From a bacterium (GTDB lineage: Bacteria; UBA8248): a DNA stretch of 64,000 bases. Location: contig CBDATS010000005.1 in NCBI GenBank assembly GCA_965200245.1, positions 448,001 to 512,000 of the forward strand, written 5' to 3'. Made by a program: the position numbers and the translations under genes. This document shows, piece by piece, positions 10,320 through 20,775 of this stretch; the first letter of the stretch is position 1; every line of letters starts with the position of its first letter. A model generated the notes under the pieces. That model did not search any database, was not told the origin of the DNA, and saw only the letters and a program-made list of their open reading frames with translations.

Positions 10320-12275
10320 TTACTCGTCCTGGTACTGCTGGAGGCTCTGGAGGACGGAAATGTCTTCGAGCGTCGTGGTATCGCCAATCTGGTCCGATCC
10401 CGAAGCGATGTCACGCAGCAGCCTTCGCATTATCTTCCCGCTCCGCGTTTTGGGCAGCGCGTCGGTGAAGCGCATGTAGTCGGGCCTCGCGATGGCGCCG
10501 ATCTCCTTGACCACCCAGTCCTTGAGGTGTTTCTCCAGGGCACTGTTCTTCTTGTTCGCGCCCTTCATGGTGACGAAAGCGGCGATGCACTCGCCCTTGA
10601 TCTCGTGCGGGATGCCCACGCAGGCAGCCTCGGCCACGTCCGGGTTCGCCACGAGCGCGCTTTCAACTTCCATCGTACCGAGGCGATGACCCGAGATGTT
10701 GATGACATCGTCCACGCGGCCCATGATCCACACGTAGCCGTCCTTATCTCTCCGCGCACCGTCGCCCGTGAAGTAACACCCCTTCACGTCGCTCCAGTAT
10801 TGCTTCTTGTAGCGCGCGTCGTCGCCCCAGATGGTGCGCAACATGGAGGGCCATGGCTTCCGCACGACGAGCAGGCCGCCGCCCTCGGGCCCTACCGATA
10901 CGCCGTCTTTCGTCACGATGTCGGGCACGATACCGAAAAACGGAAGCGTGGCGGTGCCGGGTTTGGTGGGCGTGGCACCGGGCAGCGGTGTGATCATGAT
11001 GGAGCCTGTCTCGGTCTGCCACCAGGTGTCCACGATGGGGCAGCGCTCCCCGCCGATAACCTTGTGGTACCACATCCAGGCTTCTGGATTGATGGGCTCG
11101 CCCACAGTGCCGAGAAGGCGCAGGGAAGAGAGGTCCCGTGCCTCTGGGTGATCGTCGCCCCACTTCATGAACGCACGGATGGCGGTGGGGGCAGTGTAGA
11201 AGATGTTGATGCTGTATTTCTCCACGATGTCCCAGAAACGCCCCGGATCGGGGTGGTTGGGTGCTCCCTCGTACATGACCGACGATGCGCCGTTCAGCAG
11301 CGGGCCGTAAACGATGTAGCTGTGGCCCGTCACCCAGCCGATATCCGCCGTACACCAGTAAGTGTCCTCGTCTTTCAAATCGAACACGTATTTCGAAGTG
11401 AGATACGTGCCGCACATATACCCGCCCGTCGTGTGCATGATGCCCTTGGGCTTGCCCGTCGTGCCGCTGGTATAGAGGATGTAGAGAGGGTGCTCGGAAT
11501 CGAGCTTGGAGGCGGGGCATACGGGTGAGGCGTTTTCCATCAAGTCGTGGTACCAGTGGTCGCGGCCCTGCTTCATCGGCACCTCGTTGCCCGTTCGACG
11601 AAGCACGATCATCGTCTTGACGGATTTCGCGCCGTCTACCGCCTCGTCCGCGTTTTTCTTCAGTGGTACGATGTTCCCGCGGCGGAAACCCCCGTCCGCC
11701 GTCAGGACGGCCTTGGCGCGGCAATCGTCGATGCGGTCGCGCAGCGAGTTCGCGCTGAAGCCGGCGAAAACCACACTATGCGGCGCACCGATGCGCGCGC
11801 AGGCGAGCATGGCAATGGCCGCCTCAGGCGTCTGCGGCATATAGATGATGACGCGATCACCCTTTCTGATTCCGACACTTCTCATCGCGTTGGCGAATTT
11901 GCATACCTCGCGGTGAAGTTCCTGATAGGTAAGGATGCGCGAGTCGCCCGGCTCGCCCTCCCAGATGATGGCCGCCTTGTTCTTGCGCCAGGTGGTGAGA
12001 TGGCGGTCGAGACAGTTGTAGGAAATGTTCGTCTCACCACCCACGAACCACTTGGCGTGCGGTTCCTTCCATTCGAGAACTTTCCCCCACTTCTTGAACC
12101 AATGGAAGTTGTTCGCCACTTTCGACCAGAACCTGGCGGGCCTCCTGATGGACTCCTCGTACATCTCCCGGTATTGGGCCATGGACCGGATGTGGGCCTG
12201 TTTCGAAAAATCACGGCTTGGCTTGAACACCCGTTTTTCCTGCAACAAGGTGTCGAACTGTTTTGCGTCGACCAT
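10320..12275 (-). CDS. acs: Acetate--CoA ligase
   Basis: [31 protein letters not shown]. Confidence 0.98.
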   Translation of the reverse strand: MVDAKQFDTLLQEKRVFKPSRDFSKQAHIRSMAQYREMYEESIRRPARFWSKVANNFHWFKKWGKVLEWKEPHAKWFVGGETNISYNCLDRHLTTWRKNKAAIIWEGEPGDSRILTYQELHREVCKFANAMRSVGIRKGDRVIIYMPQTPEAAIAMLACARIGAPHSVVFAGFSANSLRDRIDDCRAKAVLTADGGFRRGNIVPLKKNADEAVDGAKSVKTMIVLRRTGNEVPMKQGRDHWYHDLMENASPVCPASKLDSEHPLYILYTSGTTGKPKGIMHTTGGYMCGTYLTSKYVFDLKDEDTYWCTADIGWVTGHSYIVYGPLLNGASSVMYEGAPNHPDPGRFWDIVEKYSINIFYTAPTAIRAFMKWGDDHPEARDLSSLRLLGTVGEPINPEAWMWYHKVIGGERCPIVDTWWQTETGSIMITPLPGATPTKPGTATLPFFGIVPDIVTKDGVSVGPEGGGLLVVRKPWPSMLRTIWGDDARYKKQYWSDVKGCYFTGDGARRDKDGYVWIMGRVDDVINISGHRLGTMEVESALVANPDVAEAACVGIPHEIKGECIAAFVTMKGANKKNSALEKHLKDWVVKEIGAIARPDYMRFTDALPKTRSGKIMRRLLRDIASGSDQIGDTTTLEDISVLQSLQQYQDE

Positions 12276-12391
12276 GAGAATACCTCCCGGATGGGTCAGG
12301 TGAGAAAATCATAGCATTAGCGATTTTCCGCTATTGTTGGATATTCACACGGATTTCTCAAGTAGCCGCGCGCGGATTGGGACAGGATGAA

Positions 12392-13018
12392 TCATACGTG
12401 GAGCGCCGCGCGCACCTCCCGTGCCGCTTGGGCGGGGTCTTCGGCTCCGAGGATCGCGCCAATGAGAGCGACACCATGCGCGCCCCGCTCAAGACACAAT
12501 GAAGTGTTCGCAGCCCCCACGCCGCCAAGCGCATAGACAGGTCCGCCCGCGATCTCGCATTCACGCGCGAAGGCATCGAGGCCCATAACGGGGCTGGATG
12601 AGAATTTGCTGTTGGTGGGAAAAACGGGGCTCAGCGTCGCAAAATCAGCGCCTTGGGCAAACGCACACGCTGCTTCAGCACCAGAGTGGGCGGAATAGCC
12701 GACGAAACCGGAATATTCTCCCCCGCGCACGGCCGAGACAGAGGGCGTCCCCTTTCCGAGATGAACGCCCGCCGCGCCCAGAATATTAGCGAGTTCCGGA
12801 TCTCCATTCACGATCAGGCACGCCTCGTACTCAGCCGCGCGGGAGGCAACCTCCCGCCCCAACTCAAGTCTTTCGGTGTGAGATAGATCCTTCTCACGGA
12901 ACTGAACGAAGCGCACACCGCCCGAGAGTGCGGCCTCCAGTGTGCCGAGGAAATCGCCCGATGGAGGCGCGTTCCTGTCCGTTATGAGGTAGAGCGGGTC
13001 GAACAGGGATGGCTCCAA
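12392..13018 (-). CDS. thiE: Thiamine phosphate synthase (ThiE/TenI family)
   Basis: QFREK, GVHLG, SPVFPTNSK, ALGGV; downstream of thiG. Confidence 0.85.
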   Translation of the reverse strand: MEPSLFDPLYLITDRNAPPSGDFLGTLEAALSGGVRFVQFREKDLSHTERLELGREVASRAAEYEACLIVNGDPELANILGAAGVHLGKGTPSVSAVRGGEYSGFVGYSAHSGAEAACAFAQGADFATLSPVFPTNSKFSSSPVMGLDAFARECEIAGGPVYALGGVGAANTSLCLERGAHGVALIGAILGAEDPAQAAREVRAALHV

Positions 13019-13038
13019 AATCCTGGCCGGTATCCGCC

Positions 13039-13815
13039 TTAGGACCCGATGACGCCGGTCAGCGGGCTCGACGCTGTGGCGTAGAGCTTCATAGGAATGC
13101 GCCCGGCCTCGTGCGCCAGTCTCCCTGATTCGACGGCTAGGTTCATGGCGCGCGCCATCTTCACCGGATCGTCTGCACCCGCAATGGCCGTCTGCATCAA
13201 GACGGCGGTCGCGCCGAGTTCCATGGCGACTGCTGCGTCCGAAGCCGTGCCCACACCTGCGTCCACGATGACGGGAATCGACATCTGCTCCAGGATGATC
13301 TTGAGGCTGTACGGGTTCCGTATCCCAAGGCCTGAGCCGATCGGCGCGGCGAGCGGCATGACGGCATGGCAGCCGAGTTGTTCGAGTTTTTTGCAGATTA
13401 CAAGATCATCAATGCAGTAGGGCAGGACGATAAATCCGTCGTCCAGCAGAATCCGGCACGCTTCGAGAAGGCCCTCGTTATCCGGGAAAAGCGTGTCCTC
13501 ATCACCGATGACTTCGACCTTCACGAAGTCGGATCCGGTAGCCTCGCGCGCGAGACGCGCCGTCGTCACCGCGCTCTTCACGTCGTAGCAGCCCGCCGTG
13601 TTGGGCAGCATTGTAAATTTGTCCTTGTCGAAATGCGCCCAGAAACCCTCCGAGGACTCATCCGTGAGATCCACACGACGCACGGCGACGGTGACCATCT
13701 CCGTCCCGCTTGCCTCGAGCGCGTCGCGCATCACGGCGAAACTCGGGTATTTTCCGGAACCCACCCAAAGGCGAGAAGTAAACGTCCTGCCCCCAATCTC
13801 ATACGTGCTCATCAC
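13039..13815 (-). CDS. thiG: Thiazole synthase
   Basis: [36 protein letters not shown]. Confidence 0.97.
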   Translation of the reverse strand: MMSTYEIGGRTFTSRLWVGSGKYPSFAVMRDALEASGTEMVTVAVRRVDLTDESSEGFWAHFDKDKFTMLPNTAGCYDVKSAVTTARLAREATGSDFVKVEVIGDEDTLFPDNEGLLEACRILLDDGFIVLPYCIDDLVICKKLEQLGCHAVMPLAAPIGSGLGIRNPYSLKIILEQMSIPVIVDAGVGTASDAAVAMELGATAVLMQTAIAGADDPVKMARAMNLAVESGRLAHEAGRIPMKLYATASSPLTGVIGS

Positions 13816-13863
13816 ACCCCCTCCCGGCGCGAGCCAAAAAGCTGCGCCTTTGTGTATTCTGGA

Positions 13864-14064
13864 TCAGCCCCCGCCCACGGCACGGACGATCTCCAGTTCA
13901 TCCCCGTCTGACAATCGAGTGTCCGCGTATTCGCCACGGCGGACGATCTCCATGTTGAGCGCCACGGCGATGCCGTTTACCTCAAGCGACATCGAATCCA
14001 GCAAAGTGGCAACACTCACACCCTCTTCGAGTTCCCTGTCCTCTCCGTTCACCCGGACACGCAA
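13864..14064 (-). CDS. thiS: Sulfur carrier protein ThiS
   Basis: 66 aa, VNGE...[10 protein letters not shown]-terminal diglycine. Confidence 0.95.
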   Translation of the reverse strand: MRVRVNGEDRELEEGVSVATLLDSMSLEVNGIAVALNMEIVRRGEYADTRLSDGDELEIVRAVGGG

Positions 14065-14147
14065 GAAACCATCTCCTCGGGATACTTTCCATCAAAAAGG
14101 CCGCCCCGCAAATCGGGAGCGGCCACGAAAATGCGACATCCTCTGGC

Positions 14148-14235
14148 CCGCTTCCCTTCGCTGGCATTACCCAGTGCAGGTTCCAAGGGTTGCCCGACCT
14201 TCCAAGCTCTCAGTGCATACACCTCTAGCAGGAAC
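14148..14235 (-). promoter_or_regulatory. TPP riboswitch
   Basis: Minus strand reads GCACTGAGAG...CCCTTGGAACCTG-CACTGGGTAATGCCAGCGAAGGGAAG, the TPP aptamer consensus, directly upstream of thiS-thiG-thiE. Confidence 0.93.
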
Positions 14236-14395
14236 TTCCTTGCAAGAGCATATACGGATGCTTGCCCTCTTGCAACGCCCGATGGGATGCGGAGTGTGCA
14301 ATTTGCGCCGTTTTCAGGTATGAATACGAAAAACTACAGGAAATCGACGGTGTTCGACGGACCGTGAGCATATCCATCGACTGAGGAGCACATCC

Positions 14396-15496
14396 ATGAA
14401 AGCAGCCATCTTCCACGAAGTCGGCAAACCGATGACTATTGAATCCATCCAAGTGGAACCACCCAAGGAGGGCGAGGTACTCGTGCACTACCGCGCGGGC
14501 GGCGTGTGCCACAGCGATCACCACGCCATCGCTGGCCTGTTCCCGGTGCCCACGCCCATCATCATGGGGCATGAGGGCGCAGGTGTCGTGGAAGAGGTGG
14601 GGCCGGGCGTGACTTCCGTTAAGCCAGGCGATCACGTGGTAACGGTGTGGCGTTACAGTTGCGGCACTTGTGAACTTTGCCTCTCGAACCGGCCCGCCAT
14701 CTGTGGCGAGGGCATCCGCATGCGGGCCGACGGCACGTTATCGGACGGCACGACGCGCTTTTCCATCAACGGCCAGCAGGTGCACCACTTCCTCGGCGTC
14801 TCGACGTTCAGTTCCCACTCGGTGGTGTCGGAAAAATCGGTGCTCAAGATTCGCGAAGACATGTCGCTCGAAAAAGCGGCGGTGGTGAGTTGCGCCGTCA
14901 TCACGGGCGTGGGCGCGGTGGTGAACGGCGCGAAGGTGGGTCCCGGCGAGAGCGTGGCCGTATTCGGCGCGGGGGGTGTGGGGTTGAACGCTATTCAGGG
15001 CGCGGCCCTCGTGGGGGCGGAGCCCATTATCGCTGTCGATTTGATGCAGAACAAGCTCGAGATGGCGAAAAAATTCGGCGCGACCCACACGGTGAACTCG
15101 TCAGACGAGGACGCGGTGGAGGCCATCCGTTCGCTCACCGACGGCAAGGGGGCGCACTACGCCTTCGAGTTCATCGGCGTACCCGAGGTGATGTCCACGG
15201 CCTTCGCCAGTGTCCGCACAGGCGGTACGGCCGTCATCGTGGGAATAGCGGACGTGAAGTCACAGGTCTCGATTCAGCCCACCTCGCTCGTGACGGAGGA
15301 GAAACGCCTCATCGGCTCGCTGTACGGCTCATCCAACCCGCGCCTGTTCGTACCCCGGCTTATCGACCTCTACATGGCCGGAAAGCTCAACCTCGACGAT
15401 TTGCTCACCAAGGAGTGGCCCATCGAGCAGATCAACGAGGCCTACGACGCGCTACTGAACGGCGAGGTGGCCCGCAGCGTTGTCGTGCACGAGTAG
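14396..15496 (+). CDS. Zn-dependent alcohol dehydrogenase (class III-like)
   Basis: GVCHSD, GHEGAG, structural Zn CxxCxxC, GAGGVG. Confidence 0.93.
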   Translation: MKAAIFHEVGKPMTIESIQVEPPKEGEVLVHYRAGGVCHSDHHAIAGLFPVPTPIIMGHEGAGVVEEVGPGVTSVKPGDHVVTVWRYSCGTCELCLSNRPAICGEGIRMRADGTLSDGTTRFSINGQQVHHFLGVSTFSSHSVVSEKSVLKIREDMSLEKAAVVSCAVITGVGAVVNGAKVGPGESVAVFGAGGVGLNAIQGAALVGAEPIIAVDLMQNKLEMAKKFGATHTVNSSDEDAVEAIRSLTDGKGAHYAFEFIGVPEVMSTAFASVRTGGTAVIVGIADVKSQVSIQPTSLVTEEKRLIGSLYGSSNPRLFVPRLIDLYMAGKLNLDDLLTKEWPIEQINEAYDALLNGEVARSVVVHE

Positions 15497-15629
15497 TCAG
15501 AAGCAACTGCTACACACTGTCACGCATCGGGACGGGGAGAAACTCGCCGGGTTATGCTCACGTCGGAATTCGAGGCGACCGTACGTCCAGGAAAGGTTTC
15601 TCCTGTAGGTGCGCTTCCGTTTATACGCC

Positions 15630-15853
15630 ATTCCTCCTGGAAACAAGATTGGGACCTGAAAGTCGAGGTAGAGGCAGGGAAAAACGTCGTCATTGATACA
15701 AGCACACCCGAGGCGTTCGAGGAAGAACACATTCCCGACGTGATCAACATGGCGCGGATCGGATTCCGGGTGAAGGAACTCATGGGTGGGCTCGATTGGT
15801 GGAAGCGCGATGGCTATCCAACGGGCAACACCGCCCGGTCCCTGAAAACCTGA
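15630..15853 (+). pseudogene. Rhodanese-domain protein remnant with the active-site segment deleted
   Basis: WDLKVEVEAGKNVVID...HIPDVIN is fused directly to MARIGFRVKELMGGLDWWKRDGYPT; the central Cys-containing loop is absent. Confidence 0.7.
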
Positions 15854-15955
15854 GAAGGCGGCCGACCTTCCCCCCGAAACCCCGGATTGGACACACGCGG
15901 GCGGCTTTTGATATCCTGGTTCTATCCCACCCCGCCTTCCCAAAAAGGATAGCCC

Positions 15956-16585
15956 ATGGCCATCATCGACATCTCCGTTCCTGTAGAAGAAGGGAAAATG
16001 CCCATCTATCCCGGCAATCCGGGGCTCTCGATGCGCTTCCACAAATCCTTCGACGCAGGTGACGATGTCTGCCTCACCGAAGTCCTCTTCGGTGTGCACG
16101 CCGGCACGCACGTGGACGCACCAATGCACTACCTTCATGATGCGGGCGGCATCGAGACACTGAACCTTGAGACCCTCATGGGTCCCACTCGGGTGATCGC
16201 GGTCGAAAACCACGAGTGCATCACTGCGGAAGAACTCGCCACCAAGAACCTGGAAGGCGCTAAGCGCTTCCTCATCAAGACACGAAACTCCGATGAGCAG
16301 TGGTGGACAAAACCGTATCATCCGGATTACTGCCACATGACGCCTGAAGCCGGGCAGCTACTCTACGACCACGGAATGGAGCTTCTCGGCGTGGATTACC
16401 TCGGTGTGGATGCGCCCGACCCGAACGTGCCCGTCCATATGCTTCTGATGCCACTGGGTGTCGTGCTTCTGGAAGGTCTCAATCTGGCGAACACACCCGA
16501 GGGCGATTACGAGCTTATCGCCCTGCCCGCACTCTTCACGGGGAGAGACGGTGCCCCTGCCCGCGCCGTTTTGAGAACTCTCTAG
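15956..16585 (+). CDS. Cyclase family (kynurenine formamidase-like) metallohydrolase
   Basis: HAGTHVDAPxH, GVDY, LEGL, DGAPARA. Confidence 0.92.
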   Translation: MAIIDISVPVEEGKMPIYPGNPGLSMRFHKSFDAGDDVCLTEVLFGVHAGTHVDAPMHYLHDAGGIETLNLETLMGPTRVIAVENHECITAEELATKNLEGAKRFLIKTRNSDEQWWTKPYHPDYCHMTPEAGQLLYDHGMELLGVDYLGVDAPDPNVPVHMLLMPLGVVLLEGLNLANTPEGDYELIALPALFTGRDGAPARAVLRTL

Positions 16586-16660
16586 GCCGCTTGCCTGAGC
16601 GGCAATTTTCAGGAAATACTCCCCCGGCAAACCAAACTTCCAGTATTCGTGAGGAGAGGA

Positions 16661-17440
16661 ATGGATACGTCCAGGGAACAGCGAGAGGCCGTACAGAAAA
16701 TATACAACCAGGATTCGGGCTACTACGTCACCAGCGCACCGCACGCGCGGAGCAGTTCGCTCGCTCGCTCGGCCGAGGTACTGAACCCGAACGGCGGTGT
16801 GCATCTGGACATCGCCACGGGTGCAGGCCACACGGCTTACGAGATGGCGGATAAATGCCTTCACGTCATCGCGAGCGATTTGACCGCTGGCATGCTTGAT
16901 TCCGCCCGCAGGCTGGGAGCGGAGAAGGGCATCGGCAATGTATCTTTCCTGAGAACCGACGCCGAGAACATCGCCATCCAGACAGGCGCGCTCGATTCAG
17001 CCTCGGTACGCATCGCGCCGCACCATTTTCCCGATGTAGAGGCTTCGATGCGTGAGATGTTCCGCGTCCTGAAACCCGGCGGCAGGCTTGTCTACATCGA
17101 CAACATCGCGCCTGAAGAACCCAGGGAACAGGATAGCTACAACGATTTCGAACGTCTGCGCGATCCGAGCCACAACCGTTGCGATAGCCTGCCCGACCTC
17201 GTGGGGATGCTTGAAGCAGCGGGCTTTCGAGTCCTCTATTCGGAAACCTTACGCAAGAAAATGGTGTTCGAAGACTGGGTGCAGCGTCCACACCTGACAG
17301 ATGCGGACAAGGCTGCGCTTCGTGCATATCTCGAAAACGCCTCGCCCACTATCGCCTACTGGCTCGACCCGCGCGAGGAAGACGGGAAATTCGCCTTCGA
17401 CGAGCAGGAAGCCGTTATCCTCGCCGAGCACCCCGCATGA
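16661..17440 (+). CDS. Class I SAM-dependent methyltransferase
   Basis: LDIATGAGH, APHHFPD, RVLKPGG, RDPSH. Confidence 0.9.
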   Translation: MDTSREQREAVQKIYNQDSGYYVTSAPHARSSSLARSAEVLNPNGGVHLDIATGAGHTAYEMADKCLHVIASDLTAGMLDSARRLGAEKGIGNVSFLRTDAENIAIQTGALDSASVRIAPHHFPDVEASMREMFRVLKPGGRLVYIDNIAPEEPREQDSYNDFERLRDPSHNRCDSLPDLVGMLEAAGFRVLYSETLRKKMVFEDWVQRPHLTDADKAALRAYLENASPTIAYWLDPREEDGKFAFDEQEAVILAEHPA

Positions 17441-18810
17441 GCACCGACGAAGCTCAGCGCCTCTGCTGCCTAGCGGACACGGACAGAAGACACCTTTGGC
17501 ACCCCTTCACTCCTATGGATGAGTGGGAACAAGAAGATCCGCCGCTCATCGTTGAACACGGTGAGGGGGCGTACCTGATCGACGTAGAAGGGAATCGATA
17601 CCTGGACGGTGTGTCCTCTCTTTGGGTGAACATCCACGGGCACAGGAAAGAAGAGATAGACGAGGCCGTTCGCGCGCAACTTGCGCGAATCGCTCACACC
17701 ACGCAACTCGGCATGGCGAATCCGACCGCCATCGAACTTGCCGAAAAACTCACACAAATCGCGCCCGAAGGTCTGAAAAGAGTCTTCTATTCGGACTCGG
17801 GTGCTACGACAGTGGAAATCGCCCTCAAGATGGCATTTCAGTACCAAAGGCAAAGAAAGAATCCGAGGCCTGAGAAAGACCGCTTTCTCAAGCTGAGCCT
17901 GGCATACCACGGCGATACGGTCGGCGCGGTCTCGCTGGGCGGAATCGATCTCTTCCACCACATCTTCGGGCCATTGTTGTTCCAGACCATGCGGGCGGAG
18001 GCACCCTATTGTTTCTGGTGCCCGAGGGGGGCTACGCGTCCGCCGTGTTCCGTCTGCTCAGGCGATGAGATAGCACACCAAATTACAGAGAACGCGCCCC
18101 ACCTCGCCGCTGTCGTGCTGGAACCGATGGTACAGGGAGCGGCGGGCATGATCGTGCAGCCACCCGGCTTTCTCGGGAAAGTGCGCGAGGCGTGCTCGGA
18201 ACACGACGTGCTCCTGATAGCAGATGAGGTCGCCACGGGCTTTGGGCGCACCGGTCTCATGTTCGCCTGCGAGCACGAAGGCGTCTCGCCCGACATCCTG
18301 TGCCTCGCCAAAGGCATTACGGGTGGTTACCTGCCCCTTGCGGCGACACTCGCCACCGAGGAGATATTCGACGCCTTTCGCGGCCCGCCCGAGGTGGGCC
18401 GCACATTTTTTCACGGCCACTCCTACACGGGAAATCCTCTGGCTTGCGCCGCCGCGCTTGCGAATCTCGAGATTTTCGAGAAAGAGCGCACCATTGAAAC
18501 AAATCAGGAGAAGATAGCCCACCTTTGGAGCGAACTCGGAAACCTGCAAGACTCGGCCCATGTGGGCGAGGTGCGGGGTCTCGGCTGGATGGTCGGCGTC
18601 GAGCTTCTGAAGGACAAGGCGACGAAAGAACCCTACACGCCTGCAGAGCGCAAAGGGCGCGCTGTCACCTTGGCGGCGAGAAGGCGCGGCCTTGCCGTGC
18701 GGCCCCTGGGCGACGTGGTCATCCTGATGCCGCCCTATTGCGTGAGTATCGAGGAGATAAGCCGGATGGTCGGGGATATTGAGGAGTCCATTCGCGAGGC
18801 GTGCGCCTAG
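17437..18810 (+). CDS. bioA: Adenosylmethionine-8-amino-7-oxononanoate transaminase
   Basis: WHPFT, SSLWVNIHGH, DEVATGFGRTG, AKGITGGYLP, HGHSYTGN. Confidence 0.95.
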   Translation: MSTDEAQRLCCLADTDRRHLWHPFTPMDEWEQEDPPLIVEHGEGAYLIDVEGNRYLDGVSSLWVNIHGHRKEEIDEAVRAQLARIAHTTQLGMANPTAIELAEKLTQIAPEGLKRVFYSDSGATTVEIALKMAFQYQRQRKNPRPEKDRFLKLSLAYHGDTVGAVSLGGIDLFHHIFGPLLFQTMRAEAPYCFWCPRGATRPPCSVCSGDEIAHQITENAPHLAAVVLEPMVQGAAGMIVQPPGFLGKVREACSEHDVLLIADEVATGFGRTGLMFACEHEGVSPDILCLAKGITGGYLPLAATLATEEIFDAFRGPPEVGRTFFHGHSYTGNPLACAAALANLEIFEKERTIETNQEKIAHLWSELGNLQDSAHVGEVRGLGWMVGVELLKDKATKEPYTPAERKGRAVTLAARRRGLAVRPLGDVVILMPPYCVSIEEISRMVGDIEESIREACA

Positions 18811-19607
18811 CGCAAATGTTCAGGCTCACCAGAGGGCGTGCCCACCGCGTCCACATCAGGTTTTTTCTCAGACACTCCCACGGGTGCTACGGGAGTGCTG
18901 CCCACCGGCGGCAAGCTCTCGCTTGGCACGCCGACGGCACTCGCGGGAGGCTGTTGAGTGGTCGTAGCGGTCTTCTCCGTAGCCGTTCCCTGGGCGGCTT
19001 TGGGCGCGCTGCCCGCCTTGGGCGCGGAAACGCGATTCGTTATCAATTCCTCGCGCGCCTTGAGCGGACCCGTTATAGCGAGCGAACCCGCGATGCTCAG
19101 CGTCTCCTGCCCCCCGATGAGCAGCACCACGCGATCATATTCGGGAAAATTTCCGATCACAGTGTTGGCAACTCCATAGGCGGTCACGAGTTCCGCCCAC
19201 ACGCCACCCGGGTGAGCGTCGCGAAGCGTCTCGTCGAAATCGACGTAGACAATTCCCTCAGTCCCCGGAAACACGGCGCGAAGCTTTACTCCTCCGGGGA
19301 TAACGGGCGCGTACCCCTCCTCCCTGGGTCCTGCGATGAGCGCTACCAGCACGTTTCGCAGGGTATCTATCTTGTCCTTCCCGATCTCGACCTCCACGGG
19401 ATAGGGAACGAGAATGTCTTTCGCGGCGCTTGCGAAATAAAGCGTCTTCCTGACGCCTGGCGCACGTTCGGCGTCGGGCCGATCAGTGTCGTCTATGGTG
19501 GCGTCCTGGCTCCGATCAATAAAATCGAGAATCTTTTCCTGGAAGTTCCATACCAGCGCCCCGCTCACGAGGATAAGCAAAAGGGCGAGCGCGATTTTCC
19601 TGAACAC
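18807..19607 (-). CDS. GerMN domain protein
   Basis: N-terminal TM, TLYFAS, LIAGP, VYVDF; downstream of an amidase gene. Confidence 0.85.
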   Translation of the reverse strand: MFRKIALALLLILVSGALVWNFQEKILDFIDRSQDATIDDTDRPDAERAPGVRKTLYFASAAKDILVPYPVEVEIGKDKIDTLRNVLVALIAGPREEGYAPVIPGGVKLRAVFPGTEGIVYVDFDETLRDAHPGGVWAELVTAYGVANTVIGNFPEYDRVVLLIGGQETLSIAGSLAITGPLKAREELITNRVSAPKAGSAPKAAQGTATEKTATTTQQPPASAVGVPSESLPPVGSTPVAPVGVSEKKPDVDAVGTPSGEPEHLR

Positions 19608-19608
19608 C

Positions 19609-20475
19609 CTAGCGCCCCTCCCCCGCAGACTCTACGTCTGGCGCCCCGGACACACCGGATTCGGGCCGGGAAGATTCAGTTGGCACAGCCTGCGATTCGG
19701 TAATCTCGGGCGGTACGGACTCGGCCGGCTGAGGCGTTTTAGGTGGCAGATATTCGGTTAGACCCGCGAACTTGAGGATTTCTTTTGCTAGCGCCGTGAG
19801 GTAGGGATCATCTTCTCCCGTTTCACTCAGGCGTGCTTCGTCCTCGGGCGTGCTGATGACGCCCAGACTCACGTAGGCCGCGGGCATGCGCGCACCTTCA
19901 AGATCACGCACAGCCAGAATGCGAAGCGGCGGATTTGCGCCAGCGCGGATAGCAGCGAATCGTCTTTTCAACCCCAGCGCGAAGCGGCGGTTCAAGGCCA
20001 GATGGATGTTCTGGCTCCGCTGCCAGCGGAGCGCCACGGCCTGGGCGGCTTTTCCCGCCACGCGCGGCGGACGCCTGGGTGCGGCCACCATGATGGAAGG
20101 CCCCCGCGCGCCGGGGCGCCAGGAGGCATCTGCGTGCAGGGTGAGGAACAAGGAGGCGGCGTTGTAGTTCGCCACCGAGGCACGCTGGACAACGGTCATC
20201 TCCGTGTCGGCCTCGCGCGTCAGGATCACCTTTACCTCTTTGCGCCTTTCGAGAAGCGCCGCCAACATGCCCGCCGCGCGAAGGGTGAAATCCTTTTCGA
20301 GAAGTTGCGCGCCTCGGCTCCCGGCGTCCCGTCCACCGTGGCCAGGGTCGATCACCACGACGAAAGGCGCCAATGCGGCAGGCTCGCCCGGCTTTGCGGG
20401 TCCGGCAAAGGCGTCGACACACGAGATAAGGCTCCCGAACCATAATGCCAGAATGATAAGGCGGAATCGTCGCAA
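19609..20475 (-). CDS. N-acetylmuramoyl-L-alanine amidase (Amidase_3) family protein
   Basis: Signal peptide, IDPGHGG, EK, LTR, LHAD. Confidence 0.85.
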   Translation of the reverse strand: MRRFRLIILALWFGSLISCVDAFAGPAKPGEPAALAPFVVVIDPGHGGRDAGSRGAQLLEKDFTLRAAGMLAALLERRKEVKVILTREADTEMTVVQRASVANYNAASLFLTLHADASWRPGARGPSIMVAAPRRPPRVAGKAAQAVALRWQRSQNIHLALNRRFALGLKRRFAAIRAGANPPLRILAVRDLEGARMPAAYVSLGVISTPEDEARLSETGEDDPYLTALAKEILKFAGLTEYLPPKTPQPAESVPPEITESQAVPTESSRPESGVSGAPDVESAGEGR

Positions 20476-20775
20476 GAAGTCTCCTCCCGTTCACTCGGCA
20501 CAAACTACCATTTCATGGAACTGCAAACCAACCGAGAGGGGGACATAGGGACAGGTCCCTGGTTATCCTGTGTTGAGATTGTCCGCGTTTCACCGACACA
20601 GGAATGAAGGAGGTGCAGTCCGGTTCGACCGATATAACTATTTGTGAAGACCGCATAAATGAGGTGGGCAACGACAAACCGCTCGAAAAATCATCGCCGC
20701 TGGATTAGACTATGGTACTATCCCGAATCGAACATCGCCCGGTATCGCCCGCACCAAAACTCATGAGAGGAACCC

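Noticed and set aside
20530-20775. Purine riboswitch or IS end upstream of the NCS2 permease
   Set aside because: A hairpin (CCTGTGTTG...CGACACAGG) exists, but there is no purine-aptamer consensus or matching terminal repeat
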